Shown here one piece after another: positions 1-10,219 of a DNA stretch of 64,000 nucleotides. How positions within the stretch are numbered: position 1 is the stretch's first letter; each line of letters opens with the position of its first letter. The stretch is taken from the NCBI GenBank assembly GCA_963668625.2, contig CAXXKA010000006.1:288001-352000 (forward strand). Direction: 5' to 3'. Both the position numbers and the translations under genes were made by a program. This DNA is from an uncultured candidate division Zixibacteria bacterium. GTDB lineage: Bacteria; Zixibacteria; MSB-5A5; UBA10806; 4484-95. The notes below the pieces were generated by a model that saw nothing but the letters and a program-made list of their open reading frames with translations, was not told where the DNA came from and did no database searches.

Positions 1-1494
1 GAGATAAACTCCGGCGCTTATAGCGATAGCTGGATTGAAAATCCGGGCGGCGCCGAACTTGTTTCGTATAATCCTACGACCGGTAAGCCGATTGCCAAAG
101 TCAAACAGGCCGATGAAAAAGATTACGAGGCTGTCGTGGCTAAAGCCGCCGAGGCTTTTAAATCGTGGCGCATGGTACCCGCTCCAAAACGGGGCGAGGT
201 GGTTCGACAGATTGGCCAGGAACTTCGTAAATACAAAACCCAACTTGGCAAGCTGGTTGCTCTGGAGATGGGCAAGATCCAGGCCGAGGGCGAGGGCGAG
301 GTTCAGGAGATGATCGATATCGCCGATTTCGCGGTCGGCCTGTCCCGTCAGTTGTACGGCCTTTCCATGCACAGCGAACGTCCCCGCCACAGGATGTACG
401 AACAATGGCATCCGCTGGGTGTTGTCGGTATCATCTCGGCATTCAATTTCCCGGTAGCTGTCTGGGCCTGGAATGCCATGATTGCCGCTGTTTGCGGTGA
501 CACCATGGTCTGGAAACCCTCCTCGAAAACCCCGTTATGTGGAGTTGCCGTTCACAATATCATAGATAAAGTTCTCAAAGCCAATGGCGCCGATGGTGTC
601 ATGGGTCTGGTAATAGGTCGCGGCAGTTCGGTTGGTGAGAAGATGATTAACGATCCGAGAGTTCCGCTTATCAGCGCCACCGGCTCGACTCGTATGGGCC
701 AACGGATCGGCAGGGTAGTCGGCGAACGTCTCGGCAGATGTATTCTCGAACTTGGAGGCAATAACGCCATCATAGTCACGGAGGATGCCGATCTGGATAT
801 GTCGGCACGCGCGATATTGTTCGGCGCGGTCGGCACCGCCGGGCAGAGATGTACCTCCACCCGCAGGATAATCGTCCAGGAATCGGTTGCAGAGGATTTG
901 ATCGAGAGGTTGAAAAAAGCCTATGGCCAGGTCAGGATCGGCGATCCGCTCGATACCAACACCCTGATGGGACCGCTTATCGATCAGGATGCCGTGGATA
1001 CCATGATGAACGCTATCGAGCTTATCAAGCGGCAGGGTGGCAAAATCATTCACGGCGGCAATGTGTACAAAGAGGGCGCTTGCGCGGATGGCAGTTTCGT
1101 GGAGCCCACGATTGTCACCACCGATAAGCAGATACAGGTCATGTGTGATGAAACTTTTGCCCCTATTCTGTATATCATCAAGTATAAAGATCTCGATGAC
1201 GCGATTGAAATTCACAACGGCGTCCCGCAGGGATTGTCCTCGGCGATGTTTACCACGAATATGATGAAAGCCGAGAGGTTCTTGAGCCACGAGGGTAGTG
1301 ATTGTGGAATCGCCAATATTAATATCGGTACCAGCGGCGCGGAGATCGGTGGAGCGTTCGGCGGCGAAAAGGAAACCGGTGGTGGACGTGAGGCCGGCAG
1401 CGATTCCTGGAAAGCCTATATGCGTCGCCAGACTAACACGTTAAACTGGTCACCGGAATTACCGCTGGCCCAGGGAATTACATTTGGGGATTAA
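1..1494 (+). CDS. ALDH7/antiquitin-type aldehyde dehydrogenase (piperideine-6-carboxylate dehydrogenase-like), 5'-truncated by the window edge
   Basis: Frame open from base 1; motifs PAPKRGE, FNFPVAV, catalytic ELGGNNA and GTAGQRCT, GAEIGGAFGGEK typical of ALDH7. Confidence 0.9.
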   Translation, partial: EINSGAYSDSWIENPGGAELVSYNPTTGKPIAKVKQADEKDYEAVVAKAAEAFKSWRMVPAPKRGEVVRQIGQELRKYKTQLGKLVALEMGKIQAEGEGEVQEMIDIADFAVGLSRQLYGLSMHSERPRHRMYEQWHPLGVVGIISAFNFPVAVWAWNAMIAAVCGDTMVWKPSSKTPLCGVAVHNIIDKVLKANGADGVMGLVIGRGSSVGEKMINDPRVPLISATGSTRMGQRIGRVVGERLGRCILELGGNNAIIVTEDADLDMSARAILFGAVGTAGQRCTSTRRIIVQESVAEDLIERLKKAYGQVRIGDPLDTNTLMGPLIDQDAVDTMMNAIELIKRQGGKIIHGGNVYKEGACADGSFVEPTIVTTDKQIQVMCDETFAPILYIIKYKDLDDAIEIHNGVPQGLSSAMFTTNMMKAERFLSHEGSDCGIANINIGTSGAEIGGAFGGEKETGGGREAGSDSWKAYMRRQTNTLNWSPELPLAQGITFGD

Positions 1495-1632
1495 CGTATT
1501 TAACCCTTTTGCCCTTATCTGATTAGTTGGTTAGGATTTTAGTGTTTTAGTTGGAAAGGCTGTCTGTTTAATAGGCAAAGCCGATAGTTGGTAGCTATTA
1601 TATCTCATTAGTATACAGTTAAAGGTTTTAAT

Positions 1633-3015
1633 ATGAGTATCCCTTACACAAGTGTACTCTTAAAAGAAAATTATTTTACCAAGCAAAATATATTATTATT
1701 TTCAATTATTCCTTTAATTTCAGCAATTTCAATAATTTCTATCGGATATATAAAACCTTTTTTAATACTATTAGGTTTAGCTGTAGTCGTTATAGGTATT
1801 TTTAATACTAAGTACTTTTTATACTTATATTTATTCTTATTACCCTTCACTTTTATATTCAAATTTTATATAGGCCTTACCCTGTCCCAATATGGATTGA
1901 CAACTTTTTATATAGCTATATGGTTAATGAATGTAATACTGACCAAAAAACGAATTAATTTTCCTCCTCGATGGATGGTGATATTCATTTGTTTATTCGT
2001 AACCTGGTCATTTGTGTCTGACCTTCACGCCGGCATAGGAATTTTACAAGTAAGAACTATAGCATCAAATATAATATTCTTTATTTTCGTAATTGCTCTA
2101 TATGATGTGATTACGGTAGAAAAATATATTGAAATGTATTGGGTCGTGATTATCCCTTTCATATTTGTATTTCTTTTTACATTTATCAAACTACTGGCTG
2201 CCGGCAGTATATTTAGCATGATTTACATGGTGTTAACGAAAGGGTGTGATGATATATTGTATCCTAATATGATCGGCGGAATTTATTTGTTGTTTTGGCC
2301 GATTTCGTTTGCTATGTATCTTTACGAAAAGAATAAAATACGCAGAATTGTATATTTGACTATTGCAATAGCTTTTATCATTGGGATAGTATTGACAAAT
2401 ACGCGCTCAGCATATCTGGGGACATTCGTTGCTATCTTGTATTTTATCTGGTTCTCGAAGAAACGAATGATATTGTTAGGTAGTATGGGAATTATAACAT
2501 TAATTTATTTATTATCGCCAGTTGCATCCATCGTAAATGAATTACTTTTAAGGGTGGAGGCCGGTGTATCTGGTAGGGATATTGTATGGGATGTAGCATT
2601 CAAGCTGATTAAAGAGAACTATATTTTTGGGATCGGATCATATACTTTGCAAATGATAATTAATTATAAATATCCCTTAATGACTTATCAAAATATTTTG
2701 CCACTCATTCGCAATGCCCATAACTACCCGATAAATATGACTCTTCAGATGGGAATTCCGGGATTCTTTTTCATTATATATATATATTATAAATTTGCCA
2801 GGATATCTATTATGGGCCAACTTGCCAACACTGACAATAAAATCAGGGCATTATGTATGGGGAGTGCTTCAATTATGCTTGGTATGTTTGCAAGAGGCAT
2901 GTTTGAAGCTATTGGTATTATAGATAATGGTGTTATATTTCCTCATATTTATTTCTGGGTAATAATGTTATTTACGGTGAAGATATTCAATGGCGAACAT
3001 AAAAAAAAACCTTGA
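1633..3015 (+). CDS. O-antigen ligase/Wzy_C-family polytopic membrane protein
   Basis: Many hydrophobic segments; T-x-T-R-S-A, GR-x-x-W, FGIG and AHN motifs; low GC. Confidence 0.75.
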   Translation: MSIPYTSVLLKENYFTKQNILLFSIIPLISAISIISIGYIKPFLILLGLAVVVIGIFNTKYFLYLYLFLLPFTFIFKFYIGLTLSQYGLTTFYIAIWLMNVILTKKRINFPPRWMVIFICLFVTWSFVSDLHAGIGILQVRTIASNIIFFIFVIALYDVITVEKYIEMYWVVIIPFIFVFLFTFIKLLAAGSIFSMIYMVLTKGCDDILYPNMIGGIYLLFWPISFAMYLYEKNKIRRIVYLTIAIAFIIGIVLTNTRSAYLGTFVAILYFIWFSKKRMILLGSMGIITLIYLLSPVASIVNELLLRVEAGVSGRDIVWDVAFKLIKENYIFGIGSYTLQMIINYKYPLMTYQNILPLIRNAHNYPINMTLQMGIPGFFFIIYIYYKFARISIMGQLANTDNKIRALCMGSASIMLGMFARGMFEAIGIIDNGVIFPHIYFWVIMLFTVKIFNGEHKKKP

Positions 3016-3084
3016 ATATCTCTGGTGATGGATCGCAGGTTTAATGTCTATTCAAATATCTCAGAGTAAAGAACTAATAATATT

Positions 3085-4611
3085 ATGAGACATAATCGCA
3101 ATATTTCTGATAAACAAATCCAAGATATTTTATTACTACTCATTGTAATATCCTTTACCATAACAGTGATTACTATTATTTATGGGATACTACAAGGTTC
3201 ATCGCTCAATCATGTCTCCGGCACTTGGATAAGTCTAGCGTTGGATTTAAGTGATGGTGTATTATATCGTCCGCTATTTTCCGAAACAATCGGTTTTGGC
3301 GGAACTCGTTTTTTCCCGTTATTTTTTTCAATTCATGCATTGTTAATTAAGTTTTTTAATATGCCGATATTGACCGGTCATTTGGTAAGCCTATTTTCCG
3401 GTTTGCTTCTATTTGGGGCTTGCTTAATTCTATTTAGGCAAATGAAAATAAGTATTATTATTGCTGTTGGCCTTTTAGCAATATTGTTTTCCGAATTGAG
3501 TATTAGGTTCGGTATGACCTCAATCCGCGCTGATATTCTGCCGGTTGCCTTTAACGTTATCGGGATAGCCAGTATATTATCAAATCTGGATAAAAAATAT
3601 AAACTGATCATAGCATCTATATTTTTCACGCTGGCATTTTCGGCAAAGATAACAGCTGTTCATGGTATAGTATCCGTGTTTTTATGGTTACTATTTAACC
3701 GTAAAGTGAACGAGGCATTTAAGCTACTGGTATTCACTTCACTCGGTTATGTACTATTTTTAGCCATCCTATACATTGGAACCTCAGGGAGGATTATACC
3801 GATATTTAGTACTTGTTCCTCGGGAGGCACGGAATTAATGTCTATTTTAAACGCGCCAATAATATTTGCCAAGATCATATTGAGGCGGGATATTATAGGA
3901 TTAGTATTTCTAGTTTGGATATTTATCATACTATATAGTAAAAGAAAGAATGTTTTAAATGACTTATTTTTTATTTTCTGGATAGTTTCAATCATGATTA
4001 CGGTTGTTATTTTAGGTTCTCCCGGTACCGATTATAATCACTTTGTCGATTTTGCGACCGCGTCTATTATATTAATTGCTTCAAGGGGATTTATGATTAT
4101 GCCTAAAATCACTAAATATAACTTATCTCTTTTTGTGGTTTTTCTTGTAGTTGCAATCGTGTATAATTCTATTTCGTTATATTCATTGTTTGCCGATGAG
4201 AACAATCGTATGGCTAAACATTATCCCGAAGAGGTCGTTGATTTCATTAAGTCTGAAGATGGTATCGTAATATCCGAGGATCCCTTGTTTCCACTATTGG
4301 CGGATGAACATCCTTATCTATTAGACGCATTCATGCTTCGTTTTATCCTGCTAAAAGATGAAAAAATTAAACTGGTATTAATTAATAAAATCCAAAATAA
4401 AGAGTATTCTGGAATAATATTTAATAAAAACCCGGTTGAGGATATTGAAGGTTATAATAATGCGCATTTTGGATTAGAGTTTACTCAAGCTGTTATTTCT
4501 AATTACACTTTAGGATTCAAAACGGGAGATTATTTTGTCTACTTGCCAGATTTTTTAAAACCTGATGAGAATAAAAAAGCAGAGACGCGGAATCCTATCA
4601 ACGGTCAATAG
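3085..4611 (+). CDS. Polytopic membrane protein, probable GT-C-fold glycosyltransferase
   Basis: Multiple TM segments, LYRP..FFPLFF luminal loop, R-A-D motif, C-terminal soluble domain; low GC; next to Wzy_C gene. Confidence 0.5.
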   Translation: MRHNRNISDKQIQDILLLLIVISFTITVITIIYGILQGSSLNHVSGTWISLALDLSDGVLYRPLFSETIGFGGTRFFPLFFSIHALLIKFFNMPILTGHLVSLFSGLLLFGACLILFRQMKISIIIAVGLLAILFSELSIRFGMTSIRADILPVAFNVIGIASILSNLDKKYKLIIASIFFTLAFSAKITAVHGIVSVFLWLLFNRKVNEAFKLLVFTSLGYVLFLAILYIGTSGRIIPIFSTCSSGGTELMSILNAPIIFAKIILRRDIIGLVFLVWIFIILYSKRKNVLNDLFFIFWIVSIMITVVILGSPGTDYNHFVDFATASIILIASRGFMIMPKITKYNLSLFVVFLVVAIVYNSISLYSLFADENNRMAKHYPEEVVDFIKSEDGIVISEDPLFPLLADEHPYLLDAFMLRFILLKDEKIKLVLINKIQNKEYSGIIFNKNPVEDIEGYNNAHFGLEFTQAVISNYTLGFKTGDYFVYLPDFLKPDENKKAETRNPINGQ

Positions 4612-4951
4612 TATGATTTTTCAATACATAAAATATATTACATTGTCGGGATTTAGTTTGTTGATTTTACTATTCCCCGGTTAATAATCGTCAAAATGAT
4701 TTTTTGATATAATAAGCCAGTTAACGTATTAGGATTCGCTCGGTTTCATTCCGATACATCTTACCAACATAAGCAGTAGTTATAAATCAACCAAACTCAT
4801 CCCAGCCAGATACCTCAGTATTGAAGGTACGATATTCTGAGGTCTACTTCAACCAAAGCCCAGATAGTAGTGGAAATATGTATTTCTAATTATTATCGAG
4901 AAATTAAATCAAAATTGTTGTTATTGGTTTCCCATAATATAAAAAAAAACA

Positions 4952-4979
4952 TTGACTTAAATTAAACTTTACATATAAT
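4952..4979 (+). promoter_or_regulatory. sigma70-type promoter upstream of arcE-like gene
   Basis: TTGACT-N16-TATAAT about 120 nt before the ATG with AAGGAG RBS. Confidence 0.6.
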
Positions 4980-5098
4980 ACCGCCATGATATACTGGTCT
5001 AAAAAACTGTTCGATCATTAGGTCGATGACCTTTTCTATATAAATCACCCCAGAAAAAACAATAGTATACATATTTTAAACTTAAAAGGAGATTCTAA

Positions 5099-6472
5099 AT
5101 GGCATCAAAGCCTAAAAACATAATAATCATGGGCGCGGCCGGACGTGACTTCCATAACTTCAACACGGTTTACCGCGACAATAAAGACTACAACGTAGTC
5201 GCTTTCACTGCTACCCAGATTCCCGATATCGAAGGTCGTAAGTATCCCGCCGTTTTAGCCGGCAAACTTTATCCCAAAGGTATTCCGATCGTAGCCGAGG
5301 AAGAACTCCCGGTCTTGATCGATCAGCACGATGTCGAGGAAGTCATATTCTCGTACTCTGATGTTTCCTACGAGTATGTGATGTCGATAAGCGCCGTCGT
5401 CAATGCCTGTGGCGCCGATTTCAAACTTCTGGGCGGACAGAAGACCATGATCGAATCCAAGAAGCCGGTAGTATCTATCTGTGCTGTCAGGACCGGTTGC
5501 GGTAAATCTCAAACCACTCGCAAGGTTTGTGACGAGTTACAGAAACTCGGCTTGAAAGTAGTCGCTATCCGTCACCCTATGCCGTACGGTGATCTGGCCA
5601 AGCAGACAGCCCAACGTTTCGCCAAGATGTCCGATCTTACCAAGCACAAATGCACGATCGAGGAGCGCGAGGAGTACGAACCGCATATCATGAACGGCGT
5701 TATCTGTTACGCCGGCGTCGACTATGGCGAAATCTTGAAACAGGCCGAGAAAGAAGCCGATGTTATAGTTTGGGATGGTGGAAATAACGATCTTCCGTTC
5801 TATGCTCCCGACCTTCATTTCGTAGTAGTCGATCCTCATCGCCCGGGTGACGAGTTAACTTATTACCCAGGTGAGGCCAACCTCCTGTTAGCCGATGTTG
5901 CCGTGATCAATAAAATTGACACTGCTCCGCTCGAGGGTATCGATGATGTTCGCGAGTCCATCGCTATGTTGAATCCGGAAGCAGCCGTAATCGAGGCCGC
6001 CTCCCCGATTTTCGTAGACAAGCCTGAGCTCATTCGCGGTAAACGCGTCCTCGTAGTCGAGGATGGCCCGACCCTGACACATGGTGGAATGCAGTATGGC
6101 GCCGGCGTCGTAGCTGCTCAGAAATTCGGCGCTGCCGAGTTGGTAGACCCCAGACCGTTCACTGTTGGCACGATTACCAAAACATTCGAAAAATATCCCG
6201 AAATCGGTACATTGCTTCCGGCTATGGGTTATGGCAACAAGCAGGTTAAAGACCTGGAGAAAACAATCGCTAAGGTCAAAGCCGATTCGGTGGTTATCGG
6301 TACCCCGATCGATCTGCGCAAAGTAGTCAAGATTTCCAAGCCTGCCACTCGTGTAAGATACGAACTGCAGGAGATCGGTATCCCGACGGTCGGCATGATT
6401 CTCGAGGAGTTCTTCAGCCCCTCGAAGAAAAAAGCCACGAAGAAAACCGCTAAATCTAAAGCCAAGAAATAG
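5099..6472 (+). CDS. arcE: P-loop NTPase of the cyclic 2,3-diphosphoglycerate synthetase family, probable arginine synthetase ArcE; short Lys-rich tail
   Basis: GAAGRDFHNFN N-terminus, P-loop RTGCGKS, RHPMPYG, TIEEREEYE, WDGGNND, VEDGPTLTHG; adjacent to carbamate kinase. Confidence 0.7.
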   Translation: MASKPKNIIIMGAAGRDFHNFNTVYRDNKDYNVVAFTATQIPDIEGRKYPAVLAGKLYPKGIPIVAEEELPVLIDQHDVEEVIFSYSDVSYEYVMSISAVVNACGADFKLLGGQKTMIESKKPVVSICAVRTGCGKSQTTRKVCDELQKLGLKVVAIRHPMPYGDLAKQTAQRFAKMSDLTKHKCTIEEREEYEPHIMNGVICYAGVDYGEILKQAEKEADVIVWDGGNNDLPFYAPDLHFVVVDPHRPGDELTYYPGEANLLLADVAVINKIDTAPLEGIDDVRESIAMLNPEAAVIEAASPIFVDKPELIRGKRVLVVEDGPTLTHGGMQYGAGVVAAQKFGAAELVDPRPFTVGTITKTFEKYPEIGTLLPAMGYGNKQVKDLEKTIAKVKADSVVIGTPIDLRKVVKISKPATRVRYELQEIGIPTVGMILEEFFSPSKKKATKKTAKSKAKK

Positions 6473-6494
6473 TGTAGTTTAGTATACTAGAGTT

Positions 6495-6523
6495 AGAGGC
6501 GAGTTGTTTTTCAGCTCGCCTTT
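6495..6523 (+). terminator. Rho-independent terminator-like hairpin
   Basis: AGGCGAGTTG-TTTTT-CAGCTCGCCT followed by TT just after the stop codon. Confidence 0.55.
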
Positions 6524-6634
6524 AACGTTTTAATTATCAACAAGTAAATAGTTGTTTTTTTTAAAAAAAAGCATTAACTTGTAAGTTTCGGCAATTCTTA
6601 ACTGTAAACAAGATAAGCTAATTGGTGGTTTGCA

Positions 6635-7579
6635 ATGAACAAGAAAACAGCCGTTGTTGCCCTGGGCGGTAACGCTATTACGGATAAGGACAGGGAAGAT
6701 ACGATCCCGAATCAGTTTATTAATACAGATATCAGCTTATCCGGAATTATTGGTTTGATAAAAGAACAATACAATCTGGTGCTTACTCACGGAAACGGCC
6801 CGCAGGTAGGAAACGCTGTTCTACGAGTGGAAGTTTCACGGGGCAAAGCGCCTGAATTGCCCGTATATATCTGTGTCGCCGATCTTCAGGGCGGAATGGG
6901 ATATATGATCGAGCAGGTTTTACATAACAGGATGGCTAAAGAGGGACTTTCCAGGGAAACAGCTACTATCGTTACCCAGGTTCAGGTCAGTCCGGATGAT
7001 CCTGACTTTCAGGATCCCACGAAATTCATCGGACAGTTTTATGAACTCGAGAAGGCCGAAGATTTGAAAAGAGAATTCGGCTGGACCATGAAACCGTATC
7101 CCGGGGACGGCCGTTTGAGACGGGTTATTGCCTCGCCCTGGCCAACTGCCATAGTCCAGAGAGATGTAATCAAAACGCTTGTCGATAAAGGCGTTATCGT
7201 TATTGCCTCGGGCGGCGGTGGAATACCGGTTATAAAACAGAACGGTGCGTTTATGGGTATCGATGCCGTGATCGACAAAGATCGGGCGGCCTCGGTAATG
7301 GCCAGTGATATAGGCGCGCAGCTTTTAATAATCCTGACTTCGGTGAAAAAAGTATCGCTGAATTTCAGCAAACCGAACCAGCAGGATTTGGATTCGATGA
7401 CTGTAGCAGAGGCTGAAAAATATCTAGCCGAGGGGCAGTTTCCTCCCGGAAGTATGGGGCCGAAAGTTGAAGCGGCGGTCAAATTCATCAAAAACGGCGG
7501 TGAGAAAGTCATAATCGGCTCGATCGAACAAGCATATGAGGCGGTTAAAGGCAACGCCGGTACGGTTATAGTACCTTAA
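6635..7579 (+). CDS. arcC: Carbamate kinase
   Basis: VVALGGNA, THGNGPQVG, PTKFIG, GGGGIPV, AVIDKD, GSMGPKVEAA. Confidence 0.95.
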   Translation: MNKKTAVVALGGNAITDKDREDTIPNQFINTDISLSGIIGLIKEQYNLVLTHGNGPQVGNAVLRVEVSRGKAPELPVYICVADLQGGMGYMIEQVLHNRMAKEGLSRETATIVTQVQVSPDDPDFQDPTKFIGQFYELEKAEDLKREFGWTMKPYPGDGRLRRVIASPWPTAIVQRDVIKTLVDKGVIVIASGGGGIPVIKQNGAFMGIDAVIDKDRAASVMASDIGAQLLIILTSVKKVSLNFSKPNQQDLDSMTVAEAEKYLAEGQFPPGSMGPKVEAAVKFIKNGGEKVIIGSIEQAYEAVKGNAGTVIVP

Positions 7580-7604
7580 CAATCGGGAGCTTAGATTCAC
7601 GAAA

Positions 7605-8975
7605 TTGAATGCGGGAGAATTAACTCTCATTGAAGGCTTGATTAAAGCCATTGATATGGAGGGGGGTAAAATCTATGAGGTCGGCGGGCCCGTTCGTGAC
7701 AGGCTGCTTGGTGTAAAGCACTATAAAGATCTCGATCTGATAGTCTGTGGTTTACCTTTCCAGAGACTGCTCGAAATACTCAAAAAACATGGTGATATAA
7801 ACCTGGTCGGTCAGGCTTTCGGCGTGATAAAGTACAAGCCATACGATCAAAATATCACTATAGATATTTCACTGCCCCGAAAAGAGCTGTCCACCGGCTC
7901 GGGACATCGCGATTTCGAGGTCGATTTCGACCATGCGCTGCCTATCGAGGATGATCTGAAACGTCGCGATTTTACCATTAATGCCATGGCACGCGAATGT
8001 ATCGGCGGAGAGTTGCTCGATCCGTACGGCGGCCGAAAAGATTTGGATGCCAGGTTACTGCGGATAGTTTCGAAAAGCAGTTTTACTGATGACCCGCTGC
8101 GGATGTTGCGCGGAGTGCAGTTCACCGCTCGTTTCGAGTTGGAGGTGGAATCGGATACTTTACGGGCAATGACCGAACATGCTCATCTTATAGAAACGAT
8201 TTCCCCCGAGAGGATAGCCGAGGAGCTCAACAAGTTGCTGGAAAAAGCCGAAAAACCCTCAATTGGTTTCCACCTGATGAACAAAACCGGCCTGCTGAAA
8301 TGTATTTTGCCTGAGCTACAAGCTACGGTCGGTGTCGATCAGCCGGGCGGATATCATCGCTGGGATGTTTTCGAACATACACTTCATGTTATAGATGCAG
8401 CTCCACGGAATTTGTCAATCAGGCTTGCCGCCATGACACATGATATGGGGAAACCCCCTACCAAACAGCTCACAGAAACCGGAGCTTCGTTTTACGGACA
8501 CGATAAATTAAGTCAGAAATTTGCAGAAAATATTTTAAAACGCTTGCGTTATTCCAATACAACTATTAAACAGGTTAGTACATTAGTTGGTAAACACATG
8601 TTCTCGGAGGAGGCAGGCGATAAAGGCATAAGGCGATTGATCAATAAAGTCGGTATTGATTTGATTTTTGATTTGATCGCTTTGCGAAAAGCTGATACAA
8701 TAGGCCAGGGTATGGGCCAGACGATTGATAACGTAAATGAGTTCGAAACTCGGGTGAAAGATGAGATCGGTAAGCGTAACGCTTTCGGGCTTAAAGATTT
8801 AGAGATAAGCGGTGATGATCTGAAAAAGATTCACCATTTACCCGAGGGAAAGTTAATAGGCGAGTTGTTAAATTATCTTTTAGATAAAGTTCTGGATGAA
8901 CCCGCACTGAATACACGTAAAAAATTGTTAACGTTGAGTGCCGATTATTTAAATGAAAGGCAGCTTGACATTTGA
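7605..8975 (+). CDS. cca: CCA tRNA nucleotidyltransferase with HD domain
   Basis: VGGPVRD..DLD, EDDLKRRDFTINA, DDPLRMLRG, ERIAEEL, HDMGKP; the three tRNA genes here lack encoded CCA; start codon uncertain. Confidence 0.85.
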   Translation: MNAGELTLIEGLIKAIDMEGGKIYEVGGPVRDRLLGVKHYKDLDLIVCGLPFQRLLEILKKHGDINLVGQAFGVIKYKPYDQNITIDISLPRKELSTGSGHRDFEVDFDHALPIEDDLKRRDFTINAMARECIGGELLDPYGGRKDLDARLLRIVSKSSFTDDPLRMLRGVQFTARFELEVESDTLRAMTEHAHLIETISPERIAEELNKLLEKAEKPSIGFHLMNKTGLLKCILPELQATVGVDQPGGYHRWDVFEHTLHVIDAAPRNLSIRLAAMTHDMGKPPTKQLTETGASFYGHDKLSQKFAENILKRLRYSNTTIKQVSTLVGKHMFSEEAGDKGIRRLINKVGIDLIFDLIALRKADTIGQGMGQTIDNVNEFETRVKDEIGKRNAFGLKDLEISGDDLKKIHHLPEGKLIGELLNYLLDKVLDEPALNTRKKLLTLSADYLNERQLDI

Positions 8976-9016
8976 GAATAATTTCACTTAATTAGCCTTC
9001 CAATAGGGAGGAGTCA

Positions 9017-10156
9017 ATGAAAATACACGAATACCAAGCTAAAGAGATTTTCGGGAAGTTCGGTTTACCTATTCCTAAAGGTGAGGTCGTAACTACTCCG
9101 GAAGCCGCTCGTGAAATCGCTGTACGTTACGAAAAACCTGTAATGGTTAAATCTCAGGTCCATGTCGGTGGACGTGGTAAAGCCGGCGGAATCAAGTATT
9201 GTGCCGAGCCCGATGATGCCTTCTTCGCCGCCCAGGAAATTCTGGGGATGGATATCAAGGGATTAATTGTCAAAAAGTTACTGGTGACCGAGGCGGTCGA
9301 TATCAAGCACGAGGCTTATATCGGCGTTATCCTCGATCGTGCCACCAAGAAGAACGTGATCATGGTTTCGCCGGCGGGCGGTGTCGATATCGAACAGGTA
9401 GCGGCCGAGACCCCGGAGAAGATCATGAAATACGCGGTCGATCCGATTATGGGTTTACGTTCGTACGAGGCCTTGAAACTGGCCATGTTCGTATATCCCG
9501 ATATCAAAATTGCCCGTCAAGCCGTAGGCATGATAAAGAAATTGTACAATGCCTTCGTACACAGTGATTCATCACTGGCTGAGATTAATCCGCTGGTTTT
9601 GGACGGCAACGACAAGCTTGTCGCTCTCGACGCAAAAATCAACCTTGATGACAACGGCTTATTCAAACATCCCGATTACGAAAACTACCGTGATCACGAT
9701 GCTGAGGATCCGGCCGAGCTCGAGGCTAAACGCAACGATTTATCGTTCGTCAAGCTGGAGGGCAATATCGGTTGTATCGTCAACGGCGCCGGACTGGCTA
9801 TGGCCACCATGGACCTGGTCAAGTATTTCGGCGGACAACCGGCGAACTTCCTCGATATCGGTGGCTCATCCAATCCCGATAAAGTAGTTGCCGCGATGCG
9901 TATCATTCTTGATGATCCTAATGTCGGCGTGATCCTGTTCAATATTTTCGGCGGTATCACTCGTTGTGATGATGTTGCCAACGGTATCGTCGCTGCGGTC
10001 GAAAAACTCAAACCGCGCGTACCGATTGTCGTACGTTTGACAGGAACCAACGAGGAAGAAGGTAAGAGAATCCTTCAGAAAATGGATTTCCCGGCTACTA
10101 ACGAGATGGATGAAGTGGTCAAGATGGCCATTAAAGAGATGGCTCCGGTAGCTTAG
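9017..10156 (+). CDS. sucC: Succinyl-CoA synthetase beta subunit
   Basis: MKIHEYQAK, GGRGKAGG, NGAGLAMATMD, NIFGGITRCD. Confidence 0.97.
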   Translation: MKIHEYQAKEIFGKFGLPIPKGEVVTTPEAAREIAVRYEKPVMVKSQVHVGGRGKAGGIKYCAEPDDAFFAAQEILGMDIKGLIVKKLLVTEAVDIKHEAYIGVILDRATKKNVIMVSPAGGVDIEQVAAETPEKIMKYAVDPIMGLRSYEALKLAMFVYPDIKIARQAVGMIKKLYNAFVHSDSSLAEINPLVLDGNDKLVALDAKINLDDNGLFKHPDYENYRDHDAEDPAELEAKRNDLSFVKLEGNIGCIVNGAGLAMATMDLVKYFGGQPANFLDIGGSSNPDKVVAAMRIILDDPNVGVILFNIFGGITRCDDVANGIVAAVEKLKPRVPIVVRLTGTNEEEGKRILQKMDFPATNEMDEVVKMAIKEMAPVA

Positions 10157-10219
10157 CAAGTTTAACAAAAACGCGATGAAAATAAATCATCTGCAGATAA
10201 ATTAAAAAGAAGGTGTGTT

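Noticed and set aside
4812-4843. Hairpin ACCTCAG...CTGAGGT as a possible riboswitch upstream of arcE
   Set aside because: It lies upstream of the predicted promoter and matches no aptamer I recognise
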